Positions 27,801 to 39,800 of a stretch of DNA of 64,000 nt are shown in pieces. The DNA comes from Mustelus asterias. Lineage: Eukaryota. Positions within the stretch are counted from its first letter, which is position 1. Every line of letters starts with the position of its first letter. Under the pieces are notes generated by a model. It was not told the DNA's origin and made no database searches. It was given only the letters and a program-made list of their open reading frames with translations. Both the position numbers and the translations under genes were made by a program. Location: the NCBI RefSeq assembly GCF_964213995.1, contig NC_135806.1, positions 139,438,001 to 139,502,000 of the forward strand. The letters run 5' to 3'.

Positions 27801-30800
27801 GCATTTGGAATACTGCGTCCAGTTCTGGTCGCCACACTACCAGAAGGACGTGGAGGCTTTGGAGAGAGTACAGAGGAGGTTTACCAGGATGTTGCCTGAT
27901 ATGGAGGAGCTTAATTATGAGGAGAGATTGGGTAAACTGGGGTTGTTCTCCCTGGAAAGACGGAGGATGAGGGGAGACTTAATAGAGGTGTATAAAATTA
28001 TGAAAGGCATAGATAGGATGAACGGTGGGAAGCTTTTCCCCAGGTCGGTGGTGACGTTCACGAGGGGTCATAGGTTCAAGGTGAAGGGGGGGAGGTTTAA
28101 CACAGATATCAGAAGGACATATTTTACACAGAGGGTGGTGGGGGCCTGGAATGCGCTGCCAAGCAAGGTGGTGGAGGCAGACACACTGGGAATGTTTAAG
28201 ACTTATCTAGACAGCCACATGAACAGAGTGGGAATGGAGGGATACAAAAGAATGGTCTGGTTTGGATCAGGGAGTGGCACGGGCTTGGAGGGCCGAAGGG
28301 CCTGTTCCTGTGCTGTATTGTTCTTTGTTCTTTGTTTGATGCAAGTTAAAATAGCTCCTCTATGTGAGAACAGGAGGAGGCCATTCGGCCCCTCAAGGCC
28401 ATTCCACCTTTCACAGATGGTTGGTATTTTAATTCCATTTACGTGCCTTAGTTGCTGATCCATGGATATCTTTACCCAATAATATCGATTGACCTCAGTT
28501 TTCCCGGGATGTATAATGGGCAGACACTTTACCGATTTACTGTCCAAACCATGATGGCAAAAATACTGCCCAAATTCACTCAGTTGCTAATGCTTCACAT
28601 CCTTGATTGGTCCAAACTTGTTTCTTCTTCAGTTCCTGTCATTCTTTTTTATTTTAATCTATTCAGGGATGTGGGCGTCACCAGCTGGGCCAGCACTTAT
28701 TCCAGCCAGTTTTGTGGGGGAGACCAGAATGAGGGTGCATTGTGAGATTGTCAGTGACAAATCCAATCGGGAGATGTGAAGAAACTTCAGTAACAAAAGG
28801 TTTATAAGAGCCATGTTTGATCCTCAATCACAGATTGTAATTTACCACATTCTTCCCGTGGTTATTTCATCCTGGATTAGGGGGTCCTAAACTGGCCTAA
28901 CTTCACCCATATTTCTCCATGAATAAACATCCATCTTTTCTTCTATTTTTGTATCTTTGATAGATCTGCAAGAAGCTGGAAATGATCTAGTTTACGCTGT
29001 TATAAACTTTACAAGGTCGCAACAAGAGGAAGGTAAGGAGATAAATCTATCAGCAACTACAAAACAGAAAGCAAAGTGTGACAGCTCAGGGTGGGTGCCG
29101 GGGCCACGGTTCTTCATGATTAACATAAAATGTTTGGAAACTTGGGGAAATAAGTAGTGATGTCTTGAGGAGTATACGTATTGCAGAGAAGGAGGTGCTG
29201 GAAGCCTTAAAGTGCATCAAGGTAGATAAATCCCCAGGACCTGATGAGGTGTATCCCAGGACATTGTGGGAGGCTAGGGAGGAAATTGTGGGTCCCCGAG
29301 CAGAGATATTTGAATCATCGATTGTCACGGGTGAGGTTGCTGAAGATTAGAGAGTGGCAAATGTTGAGCCTTTGTTTAAAAAGGGCTGCAGGGAAAAGCC
29401 TGGGAACTACAGGCCAGTGAGCCTCACATCTGCGGTGGGTAAGTTGTTGGAAGGTATTTTGAGAGACAGGATCTACAGGCATTTAGAGAGGCAAGTGTTG
29501 ATTAGGGACAGTCAGCATGGCTTTGTGAGTGGAAAATCATGTCTCACAAATTTGATTGAGTTTTTTGAAGGGGTAACCAAGAAGGTAGATGAGGGCATGC
29601 AGTTGATATTGTCTAGATGGACTTTAGCAAGGCCTTTGACAAGGTACCGCATGGTAGGTTGTTGCATAAGGTTAAATCTCACGGGATCCAGGGTGAGGTA
29701 GCCAAATGGATCCAAAATTGGCTTGATGACAGAAGGTGGTTGTACAGGGTTGTTTTTCAAACTGGAGGCCTGTGCCTCAGGGATTGGTGCTGGGTCCACT
29801 ATTATTTGTCATTTATATTAATGATTTGGATTAGAATTTAGTAGGTATGGTTAGTAAGTTTGCAGATGACACCAAGATTGGTGCCATAGTGGGCAGTGAA
29901 GAAGATTATCTGGGATTACAATGGGATCTTGATCAATTGGGCCAGTGGGCTGATGAATGGCAAATGGAGTTTAATTTAGATAAATGCGAGGTGATGCATT
30001 TTGGTAGGTCGAACCAGGGGAGGATTTACTCAGTTAATGGTAGAGTGTTGGGAGAGTTATAGAACAAAGAGATCTAAGGGTACAGGTTCATAGCTCCTTA
30101 AAAGTGGAGTCACAAGTGGAGAGAGTGGTGAAGAAGGTATTTGGCATGCTTGGTTTCATTGGTCAGAACATTGAATACAGGAGTTGGGGCGTCTTGTTGA
30201 AGTTCTACAAGACATTGGTAAGGCCAAACTTGGAATACTGTGTACAGTTCTGGTCACCCTATTATAGAAAGGAAGTTATTAAACTAGAAAGAATGCAGGA
30301 ACGATTTACTAGGATGCTACCGGGACTTGATAGTTTGAGTTATAAGGAGAGGCTGGGTAGACTGGGACTTTTTTCCCTGGAGTGTGGGAAGCTTAGGGGT
30401 GATCTTATAGAGGTCTATAAAATAATGAGGTGCATGGATCAGCTAGAAAGTCAACATCTTTTCCCAAAGGTAGGGGAGTCTAAAACTAGAGGGCATAGGT
30501 TTAAGGTGAGAGGGGAGAGATACAAAAGGGTCCAGAGGGGCAATTTTTTCTCACACAGGCTGGTGAGTGTCTGGAACAAGCTGCCAGAGGTAGTAGTAGA
30601 GGCGGGTCTTTTAAAAAGTTTTTGGACATTTACATGGGTAAGAAGGGTGTAGAGGGATATGGGCCAAACGCGGGCAATTGGGACTAGCCTAGTGGTTAAA
30701 AAACTGGCATCATGGACAAGTTGGGCCGAAGGGCCTGTTTCCATGCTGTAAACCTCTATGATTCTATGATTGGGAAGGTAGTGGAGGCCGGAAATCTTAG

Positions 30801-33800
30801 AACCTTTAAAAAGTATTTGGAAGAGGGCTTGAAACATAATAACATTCAAGGATATGGGATAATTACTGGAAAATGGGATTAGCGTGCCTTTAGTGGTAGT
30901 TATTGTAGGTGCAGATTTGATGAGCCAAAGGGCCTTTTCTGCACTGTCTGACTCTTTGACATTCCGTTTGGTTACTCTGCGTCCGGCATGCAGGCACACA
31001 GATCACTAGATATAGTGACACAGATTAAATAGACCAGAACAGAAGCAAAGAAAGCACTTGGACACCTTTGGGAAGCCTGTGTCCATATTGGACCTTCATT
31101 AGCTCACAGCTAGAGTTACTGCGCACATCGTAAACAGTATATAGAGGCACTGGAGAATGACTAGAGTGAAACCAGAACTGAGAGGTCATTATCTATGAGG
31201 ACTGAACAGGCTTTGATTTGATTTGATTTATTATTGTCATATGTATTAACGTACAGTGAAAAGTATTGTTTCTTGCGCGCTATACAGACAAAGCATACCG
31301 TTCATAGAGAAGGAAAGGAGAGTGCAGAATGTAGTGTTACAGTCATAGTTAGAGTGTGGAGAAAGGTCAACTTAATGCAAGGTAGGTCCATTCAAAAGTC
31401 TGACAGCAGCAGGGAAGAAGCTGGGGTTCTTTAGAAGGAAGAAGACTAAGGGAGAGTGATAGAAAGTTTTAAGATTATCAAAGGGCTTGATTGGGTAGAC
31501 AGCGAGACCAAAGCTCGGGGCTGCAAATATAAAGTAATCACTAATAAATCCCGGAGGGAATTCAGGAGAAACTTCAGGACCTTAACCCCATTAACTTATC
31601 CTAATTTTACTGGGACAGTCTTCACCTGAACTGTGCTGGGGCCAGCGTTCTGGCAATTTGAATAACTAGGGAAATAGTGAAGGTTTTAAACTAAATAGTG
31701 GGGTGGGATTACGTGAGGGAAGATGTGGTAAATTAAAGGGAGAGGACAAGGCAGGAGTGCAAGGTAGCAATAAGGATAATGATACTCAGAGAACAAAGAA
31801 CAATACAGCACAGGAACAGGCCCTTCGGCCCTCCAAGCCTGCACCGACCATGTGTTCCTAACTAGACCATCCGTTTGTATCCCTCTATTCCCAGTCTGTT
31901 CATGAACAGAGTGTTCAAAATAAAGAGTTCACCAGCAGATATGTACAGAGTTTGCAAAAATAGTAAAACCACAGAACTAAAGGCTCTGTACGTGGATGTA
32001 AATGATGTGGAGATGCTGGCGTTGGACTGGGGTAAACACAGTAAGAAGTTTAACAACACCAGGTTAAAGTCCAACAGGTTTATTTGGTAGCAAAAGCCAC
32101 ACAAGCTTTCAAAGCTCTAAGCCCCTTCTTCAGGTGAGTGGGAATTCTGTTCACAAACAGAGCTTATAAAGACACAGACTCAATTTACATGAATAATGGT
32201 TGGAATGCGAATACTTACAACTAATCCAGTCTTTAAGAAACAAAACAATGGGAGTGGAGAGAGCATCAAGACAGGCTAAAAAGATGTGTATTGTCTCCAG
32301 ACAAGACAACCAGTGAAACTCTGCAGGTCCACGCAACTGTGGGAGTTACAAATAGTGTGACATGAACCCAATATCCCGGTTGAGGCTGTCCTTGTGTGTG
32401 CGGAACTTGGCTATCAGTTTCTGCTCAGCGACTCTGCGCTGTCGTGTGTCGCGAAGGCCGCCTTGGAGAACGCTTACCCGAATATCAGAGGCCGAATGCC
32501 CGTGACCGCTGAAGTGCTCCCCAACAGGAAGAGAACAGTCTTGCCTGGTGATTGTCGAGCGGTGTTCATTCATCCGTTGTCGCAGCGTCTGCATAGTTTC
32601 CCCAATGTACCATGCCTTGGGACATCCTTTCTTGCAGCGTATCAGGTAGACAACGTTGGCCGAGTTGCAAGAGTATGTACCGTGTACCTGGTGGATGGTG
32701 TTCTCACGTGAGATGATGGCATCTGTGTCGATGATCCGGCACGTCTTGCAGAGGTTGCTGTGGCGTCTTGGTCACTGTTCTCCTGAAGGCTGGGTAGTTT
32801 GCTGCGGACAATGGTCTGTTTGAGGTTGTGCGGTTGTTTGAAGGCAAGAAGTGGGGGTGTGGGGATGGCCTTGGCGAGATGTTCGTCTTCATCAATGACA
32901 TGTTGAAGGCTCCGGAGGAGATGCCGTAGCTTCTCCGCTCCGGGGAAGTACTGGACAACGAAGGGTACTCTGTCCACTGTGTCCCGTGTTTGTCTTCTGA
33001 GGAGGTCGGTGCGGTTTTTCGCTGTGGCGTGTTGGAACTGTTGATCAATGAGTCTCGCGCCATACCTGTTCTTATGAGGGCATCTTTCAGCGTCTGGAGG
33101 TGTCTGTTGCGATCCTCCTCATCCGAGCAGATCCTGTGTATACGGAGGGCTTGTCCGTAGGGGATGGCTTCTTTAACGTGTTTAGGGTGGAAGCTGGAGA
33201 AGTGGAGCATCGTGAGGTTATCCGTGGGCTTGCGGTACAGTGAGGTGCTGAGGTGACCGTCCTTAATGGAGATGCGCGTGTCCAAGAATGCAACCGATTC
33301 CGGAGAGTAGTCTATGGTGAGCCTGATGGTGGGATGGAACTTGTTGATGTCATCATAGAGTTGTTTCAGTGATTGTTCACCATGAGTCCAAAGGAAGAAA
33401 ATGTCATCGATGTATCTAGTGTATCGCATCGGTTGAAGGTCCCGTGCAGTGAAGAAGTCTTGTTCGAACCTGTGCATGAAGATGTTTGCATATTGAGGTG
33501 CAAATTTGGTCCCCATGGCTGTTCCGTGTGTCTGGATGAAGAACTGGTTGTTGAAGGTGAAGATATTGTGGTCCAGGATGAAGCGGATGAGATGTAAAAT
33601 TGCATCTGGAAACTGGCAGTTGTTGGCGCTGAGCACTGAGGCCGTTGCAGCAATGCCATCGTCATGGGGGATGCTGGTGTAGAGTGCCGAGACATCCATT
33701 GTGATGAGGAGCGCTCCTGGTTCAACTGCTCCATGTGTGCCAAGTTTCTGTAGGAAGTCCGTCGTGTCGCGACAAAAGCTGGGGGTTCTTTGTACAATGG

Positions 33801-36800
33801 GTTTCAGGATGCCCTCGACATAGCCGGAGAGGTTCTCGCACAGGGTCCCATTGCCCGATACGATGGGACGGCCGGGTGTGTTTGCCTTGTGTATCTTCGG
33901 GAGGCAGTAGAGATCTCCAACGCGGGGAGTACGTGGGATGAGAGCACGGAGGGTGTTCTGAAGGTCCGGATCAAAGGTCTTGATCAGAGTGTTGAGTTGA
34001 CGGGTGTGTTCTTTGGTCGGATCTGCAGGTAACTGTCTGTAGTGTTCCTCGTTGTTGAGTTGTCGGTACACTTCTTTGCAGTAATCCGTTCTGTTCAGTA
34101 TGATGATGGCCCCTCCTTTGTCTGCTGGTTTGATGACAATGTTGCGGTTGGTCTTGAGAGCGTGGATGGCGTTACGTTGTGCTTGGGTGATGTTCGGGGC
34201 TGTCTTGTGAGTGCGGCTGATGAATTTGGTGTTGACGCACCTCCTGACGGCTTGGGCATACATGTCAAGTCGAGGGCAGCGGCCTTCCGGAGGAGTCCAA
34301 TTCGACTCTTTCCTCTTCGGATGCACTGCGGATCTCTCTGTCGGCTGTTCCGGTTCATTGGCTGTCTCATTGTGTTCACTGTTGGCCTCTTGTGGTTTGT
34401 GGAAGAACTCCCTCAGCCTCATTCGCCTGATGAATTCCTCTGTGTCTGCTGCGAGACTGATGGGGTCTATTTTGGTGGTGGGGCAAAAATTAAGCCCTCG
34501 GCTGAGAACTTCGATTTCATCTGGTTGAAGTGTGTAGTCGGACAAGTTGACAATGGACCGCAAGCCCACGGATAACCTCACGATGCTCCACTTCTCCAGC
34601 TTCCACCCTAAACACGTTAAAGAAGCCATCCCCTACGGACAAGCCCTCCGTATACACAGGATCTGCTCGGATGAGGAGGATCGCAACAGACACCTCCAGA
34701 CGCTGAAAGATGCCCTCATAAGAACAGGTATGGCGCTAGACTCATTGATCAACAGTTCCAACGGGCCACAGCGAAAAACCGCACCGACCTCCTCAGAAGA
34801 CAAACACGGGACACAGTGGACAGAGTACCCTTCGTTGTCCAGTACTTCCCCGGAGCAGAGAAGCTACGGCATCTCCTCCGGAGCCTTCAACATGTCATTG
34901 ATGAAGACGAACATCTCGCCAAGGCCATCCCCACACCCCCACTTCTTGCCTTCAAACAACCGCACAACCTCAAACAGACCATTGTCCGCAGCAAACTACC
35001 CAGCCTTCAGGAGAACAGTGACCAAGACACCACACAACCCTGCCACAGCAACCTCTGCAAGACGTGCCAGATCATCGACACAGATGCCATCATCTCACGT
35101 GAGAACACCATCCACCAGGTACACGGTACATACTCTTGCAACTCGGCCAACGTTGTCTACCTGATACGCTGCAAGAAAGGATGTCCCGAGGCATGGTACA
35201 TTGGGGAAACTATGCAGACGCTGCGACAACGGATGAATGAACACCGCTCGACAATCACCAGGCAAGACTGTTCTCTTCCTGTTGGGGAGCACTTCAGCGG
35301 TCACGGGCATTCGGCCTCTGATATTCGGGTAAGCGTTCTCCAAGGCGGCCTTCGCGACACACGACAGCGCAGAGTCGCTGAGCAGAAACTGATAGCCAAG
35401 TTCCGCACACACAAGGACAGCCTCAACCGGGATATTGGGTTCATGTCACACTATTTGTAACTCCCACAGTTGCGTGGACCTGCAGGGTTTCACTGGCTGT
35501 CTTGTCTGGAGACAATGCACATCTTTTTAGCCTGTCTTGATGCTCTCTCCACTCCCATTGTTTTGTTTCTTAAAGACTTGATTAGTTGTAAGTATTCGCA
35601 TTCCAACCATTATTCATGTAAATTGAGTCTGTGTCTTTATAAGCTCTGTTTGTGAACAGAATTCCCACTCACCTGAAGAAGGGGCTTAGAGCTTTGAAAG
35701 CTTGTGTGGCTTTTGCTACCAAATAAGCCTGTTGGACTTTAACCTGGTGTTGTTAAACTTCTTACTGTGTGGATGTAAATGGCATTCGTAACAAAACAGA
35801 TGAATTGTCAGCTGAAATAGAAATAAATATAGATGATCTGATGGCCATTACAGAGCTGAGGGTGGGACCTGAATATTCAAGGTTCCTTTAGGAAGGGCAG
35901 GAGGTAGTAACATTTGGAGAGGTAGCTCTGTTAATTAACGATGACAGTACAACACTCAGAGATTACCTGAGTTTGTAGACCCCATAACAATAACTACACT
36001 GTAGGATAGGGTATACAGGAAGAAGGATTGGGGGCTTTTAAGAAAGGAGCAGCAATAATCACGTGTGATTTTAATATAAGCATAGACTGGGTGAATCAGA
36101 TTGAATCTAATTGAAAAGTTCAATCAAACAAATAGGAAATGGTAGCTTGGAAAAGTGCTTTTGGGACAATTTCTTAGAGCAGCACATTTTACAATCAACC
36201 GGACAGCAGGGTATTCTGGTAATGTGCAATGAGGTGGGATTAATTAATAACTTCATCGAAAAAAAGCTTTTAGGTAGAAGTGATCATAACATGATTGAAT
36301 TTCACATTCAATTTGAGGGAGAAAAAATTGGATCGAGTGCTAGACTTGAATAAACACAATTGCAAGGATGTGAGATGCAGCTGAATAACGTAAACTGGGA
36401 AATTAGGTTCAAGGGAAGGTCAGTACAGATGTAGATGCAGACATTTAAGGAGATATTTTATAACACTAAGCAAAGTTACATTCCGCTAGGGGGCACAGGT
36501 TTAAGGTGTGAGGGGCAAGGTTTAAAGGAGATGTATGAGGCAAGTGTTTTACACAGAGGGTGGTAGGTGCCTGGAACTCGCTGCCGGGGGAGGGAGTGGA
36601 AGCAGATACGGTAGTGACTTTTAAGGGGCGAGTTGACAAGTACATGAATAGGATGGGAATAGAGGGATATGGTCCCCGGAAGGGTAGGGAGTTTTAGTTC
36701 AGTCGGGCAGTATGGTCAGTGCAGGCTTGGAGGGCCGAAGGGCCTGTTCCTGTGCTGTAATTTTCTTTGTTCTTTGTTCTAAGGAAGTTAAAGATAGTAT

Positions 36801-39800
36801 CAACTGAAAGAAAAAACGTTCAATTTCACCAAGATCAGTGGCATGTCAGAAAATTGAACAGAATATAAAAAATAACTAAAAAAAGGAGAAATTAGAGGAT
36901 GAGCGAACGATGGCTAGAAGTATAAAAGAGATGGCAAATATTCGAAAAGCGAAAAGTATAACTAAAGTAAGCATGTATTCTCGAGAGATTGAGATTGGGG
37001 AATTAATAATGGGAAATGAGGAAACATTGAACAGACATTTTGGGTGAAATTTTCCGGCAGCATGGATAGGCACATGGAGCACACCAGGATGATAGGGAGT
37101 GGGAGAGCTTGATCTTGGTTTCAGATAAAGCTCGGCACAACATCGTGGGCCGAAGGGCCTGTTCTGTGCTGTACTGTTCTATGTTCTAGCAGAGGCAGCA
37201 TACCATTGGCTGGGGGCAGGACCTTCTGGTCCCCCTGAAGTCCATGGCGTTTTGTATCTCTCGCCCACCTCACCACTGGGGAACATGCTGCAGGTGCCCG
37301 TGGGGAAGTAAGTTGTGAAGAGGACATAAGGGAGGGGCAATTCTTCCAGCCTGCTCCACTGCTCTCGCAGCGCAGCGGGGTGGACATTTGCCGAGGTCGT
37401 TCCACAGGCACCCCACTGGCCACCCGGGGCACCACCCAGACGAAGATTTGTAGCATCATCAGCGGCACGGATCTGGTTTCAATATTTATAGTTGAATTTG
37501 CATCTGATTAGCGGGCCCGGGACTGAAATCACTGGGCCCGCTAGCAGCCTCCCCCACTCCCCGCCAGGAGTGGTTCACTCCAGCTGGGTTAACAACAGAT
37601 CTCCACTCGTGAGGAACAATACTTTTCAATGAATACCAATACATGTGACAATAATAAATCAAATCAAAACAGGTGGCCGACCCCGCTGGAGGGAACAGAG
37701 GCCATTGAGCCCCGCCCCAGGAGGTCAGGGGTGAGAGGGGGTGCCCCATTGAGGCCCCCCCTCCCTCCCCCCGGGTGAATCCAGTCTACGCTGTAGGACA
37801 TTTCCTCACATCGTTAAAATCGGGACACCCAGCAGCACCATTCAGCGAGATGACCCCAGCAGAAGTACTGGTTCCTTCACTCCTCCAGACCAGGGCTCTC
37901 AGCCAGCAGGGAGTCAGACAGCACGGCGGTGTTCGAGGGCGTGGTACACGTGTGTGTCGATTATCATGACACAGTTGGGCACCATTTTCAATGAATGATG
38001 ATTGGCCAGGTGCTCCATACATGTTAGGAGTGTTGTTTGTTCTGGATATAGTTTTAAAGTTTGCTGGCTTGCACGCTGCGAGGAGATCGATGGCAGGCCC
38101 AGTAGATTTCCAGTCATTTCAAGAGGGTTCACAAAACTCACAGGAGTGTCAAGGGTTATGGGAAACAGGTCGGAAAGTGGAGTTAAACTCACAATCCAAT
38201 CAATCAGTCTCCTTATCTGAGGAAGGATGTCCTTGCTATCAAGGGAGCACAGCGAAGGTTTACCAGGCTGATTCCTGGAGTGGCAGGTCTGTCATACGAG
38301 GAGAGACTAAGTCGGTTAGGATCATATTCACTGGATTTAGAAGAGTGAGAGGGGATCTCATAGAAACTTATAAAATTCTAACAGGGTTAGACAGGGCAGA
38401 TTCAGAAAGAATGTTCCCGATGGTGGGGGGAGTCCAGAACTAGGGGTCATAGTTTGAGGATGAGGGATAAACCTTTTAGAACTGAGGTGAGGAGAAATTT
38501 CTTCACCCAGAGGGCGGTGAATGTGGGGAATTCACTACCACTGAATGTAGTTGAGTCCAAAGCATGTGATTCCAAGAAGGAGTTAGATATAGCTCTTGTG
38601 GCTAAAGGGAGGAAGGGTGTATCAGGTTACTGAGTTGGATGATCAGCCATGAAGATAATGAATGGCGGAGCAGTCTTGAAGGACCAAATGACCGACTCCT
38701 GCTCCTAATTTCTGTATTTCCATGATCTTATTAAATGGCAGAGTGGGTTTGACGGGCTGAATGGCCTACTCTGACCGCTAACCCTTGTGTCCTTATCTCT
38801 ATTATCTCTATTCTTGTCTCAGTGTCAAACTGTGTTTGATTAGCTCTCCTGTGAAGTGCCTTGGGATATTTCACTGTGTTGTGGGCGCTAGGTAAATGCG
38901 AGTCGTTGTTGGATTTATTGCTTTGCTATTCAGTTGTGTAAAAGGTTTGCAGATATCGATGACAGAGGGAAATAACTGATTGTGTCCTTTCCAGGGCCAC
39001 AGAAACCTGAAGAGGAGCCTGAGTACAGTAATGTTAACATTCAAAACCCTCACCAAGAAGAGACAGGTAAGGAATAGCAACTTAAAGATAGCCGTTAACT
39101 CAGATTCTTACTCTAACTCAGAGTTAAGCTTCTCACCTCACTATGACTGGCAAAACAGAGGGTTATGTATCCTTTAGAACAATGACTGTGAATCGGGCTT
39201 CTCATTGTGCCCCTGCACACCCCAGTGCTGGGGGTGGTTAATGAGGGGGTGTTAGGGGGTGGTGAGTGTCAGGGGTCAGCGATGGGAGAAGTCCTGGTGA
39301 AATTACTGGGATCAAGTGCAGCAGGACATTTTCTCAACCTCTCAAGGTTTTCATAGAATCCCTACATTTTTGTAGAATGAGGCCATTCGGCCCATCGAGC
39401 CTGCACCGACCACAATTCCACCCAGGCCCTATCCCCGCAACCCCATTTACCTTAATAGTCCCCCTGACACTAAGGGGCAATTTAGCATGGCAAATCAACC
39501 TAACCTGCACGTCTTTCGGACAGTGGGAGGAAACCGGAGCACCCGGAGGAAACACACACAGATACGGGGAGAACGTGCAAACTCCACGCAGACAGTGACC
39601 CAAGCCGGGAATCGAACCTAGGTCCCTGGCGCTGTGAGGCAGCAGTGCTAACCCACTGTGCCACCCGTCACTAGTCAAAAGGCAGCAGTTCTGTCGCGCT
39701 GTGTTAAATTGTGACCGGTTTATCAGACAGGGACTTTGTTTGGGCTGATCTCCAGCCTCTCAGTTATCAGCTCAGGGGGGGCAGGTTATCAGTAACAGAG

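Larger units (their letters stand above)
32005..35770. mobile_element. Penelope-like element (RT plus GIY-YIG, Neptune-type Cys linker): 5'-truncated minus copy 32005-34556 plus an inverted 3' copy 34557-35770
   Basis: [34 protein letters not shown] and RYIDD RT motifs; CHSNLCKTC...NVVYLIRC...[19 protein letters not shown]; 13-bp TSD GTGGATGTAAATG (31992-32004 and 35769-35781); inserted in a decayed CR1 ORF2 start. Confidence 0.93.

Noticed and set aside
34547-34629. N-terminal extensions of the 641-aa and 205-aa Penelope ORFs
   Set aside because: Read-through across the inversion junction at 34556/34557; artefactual.
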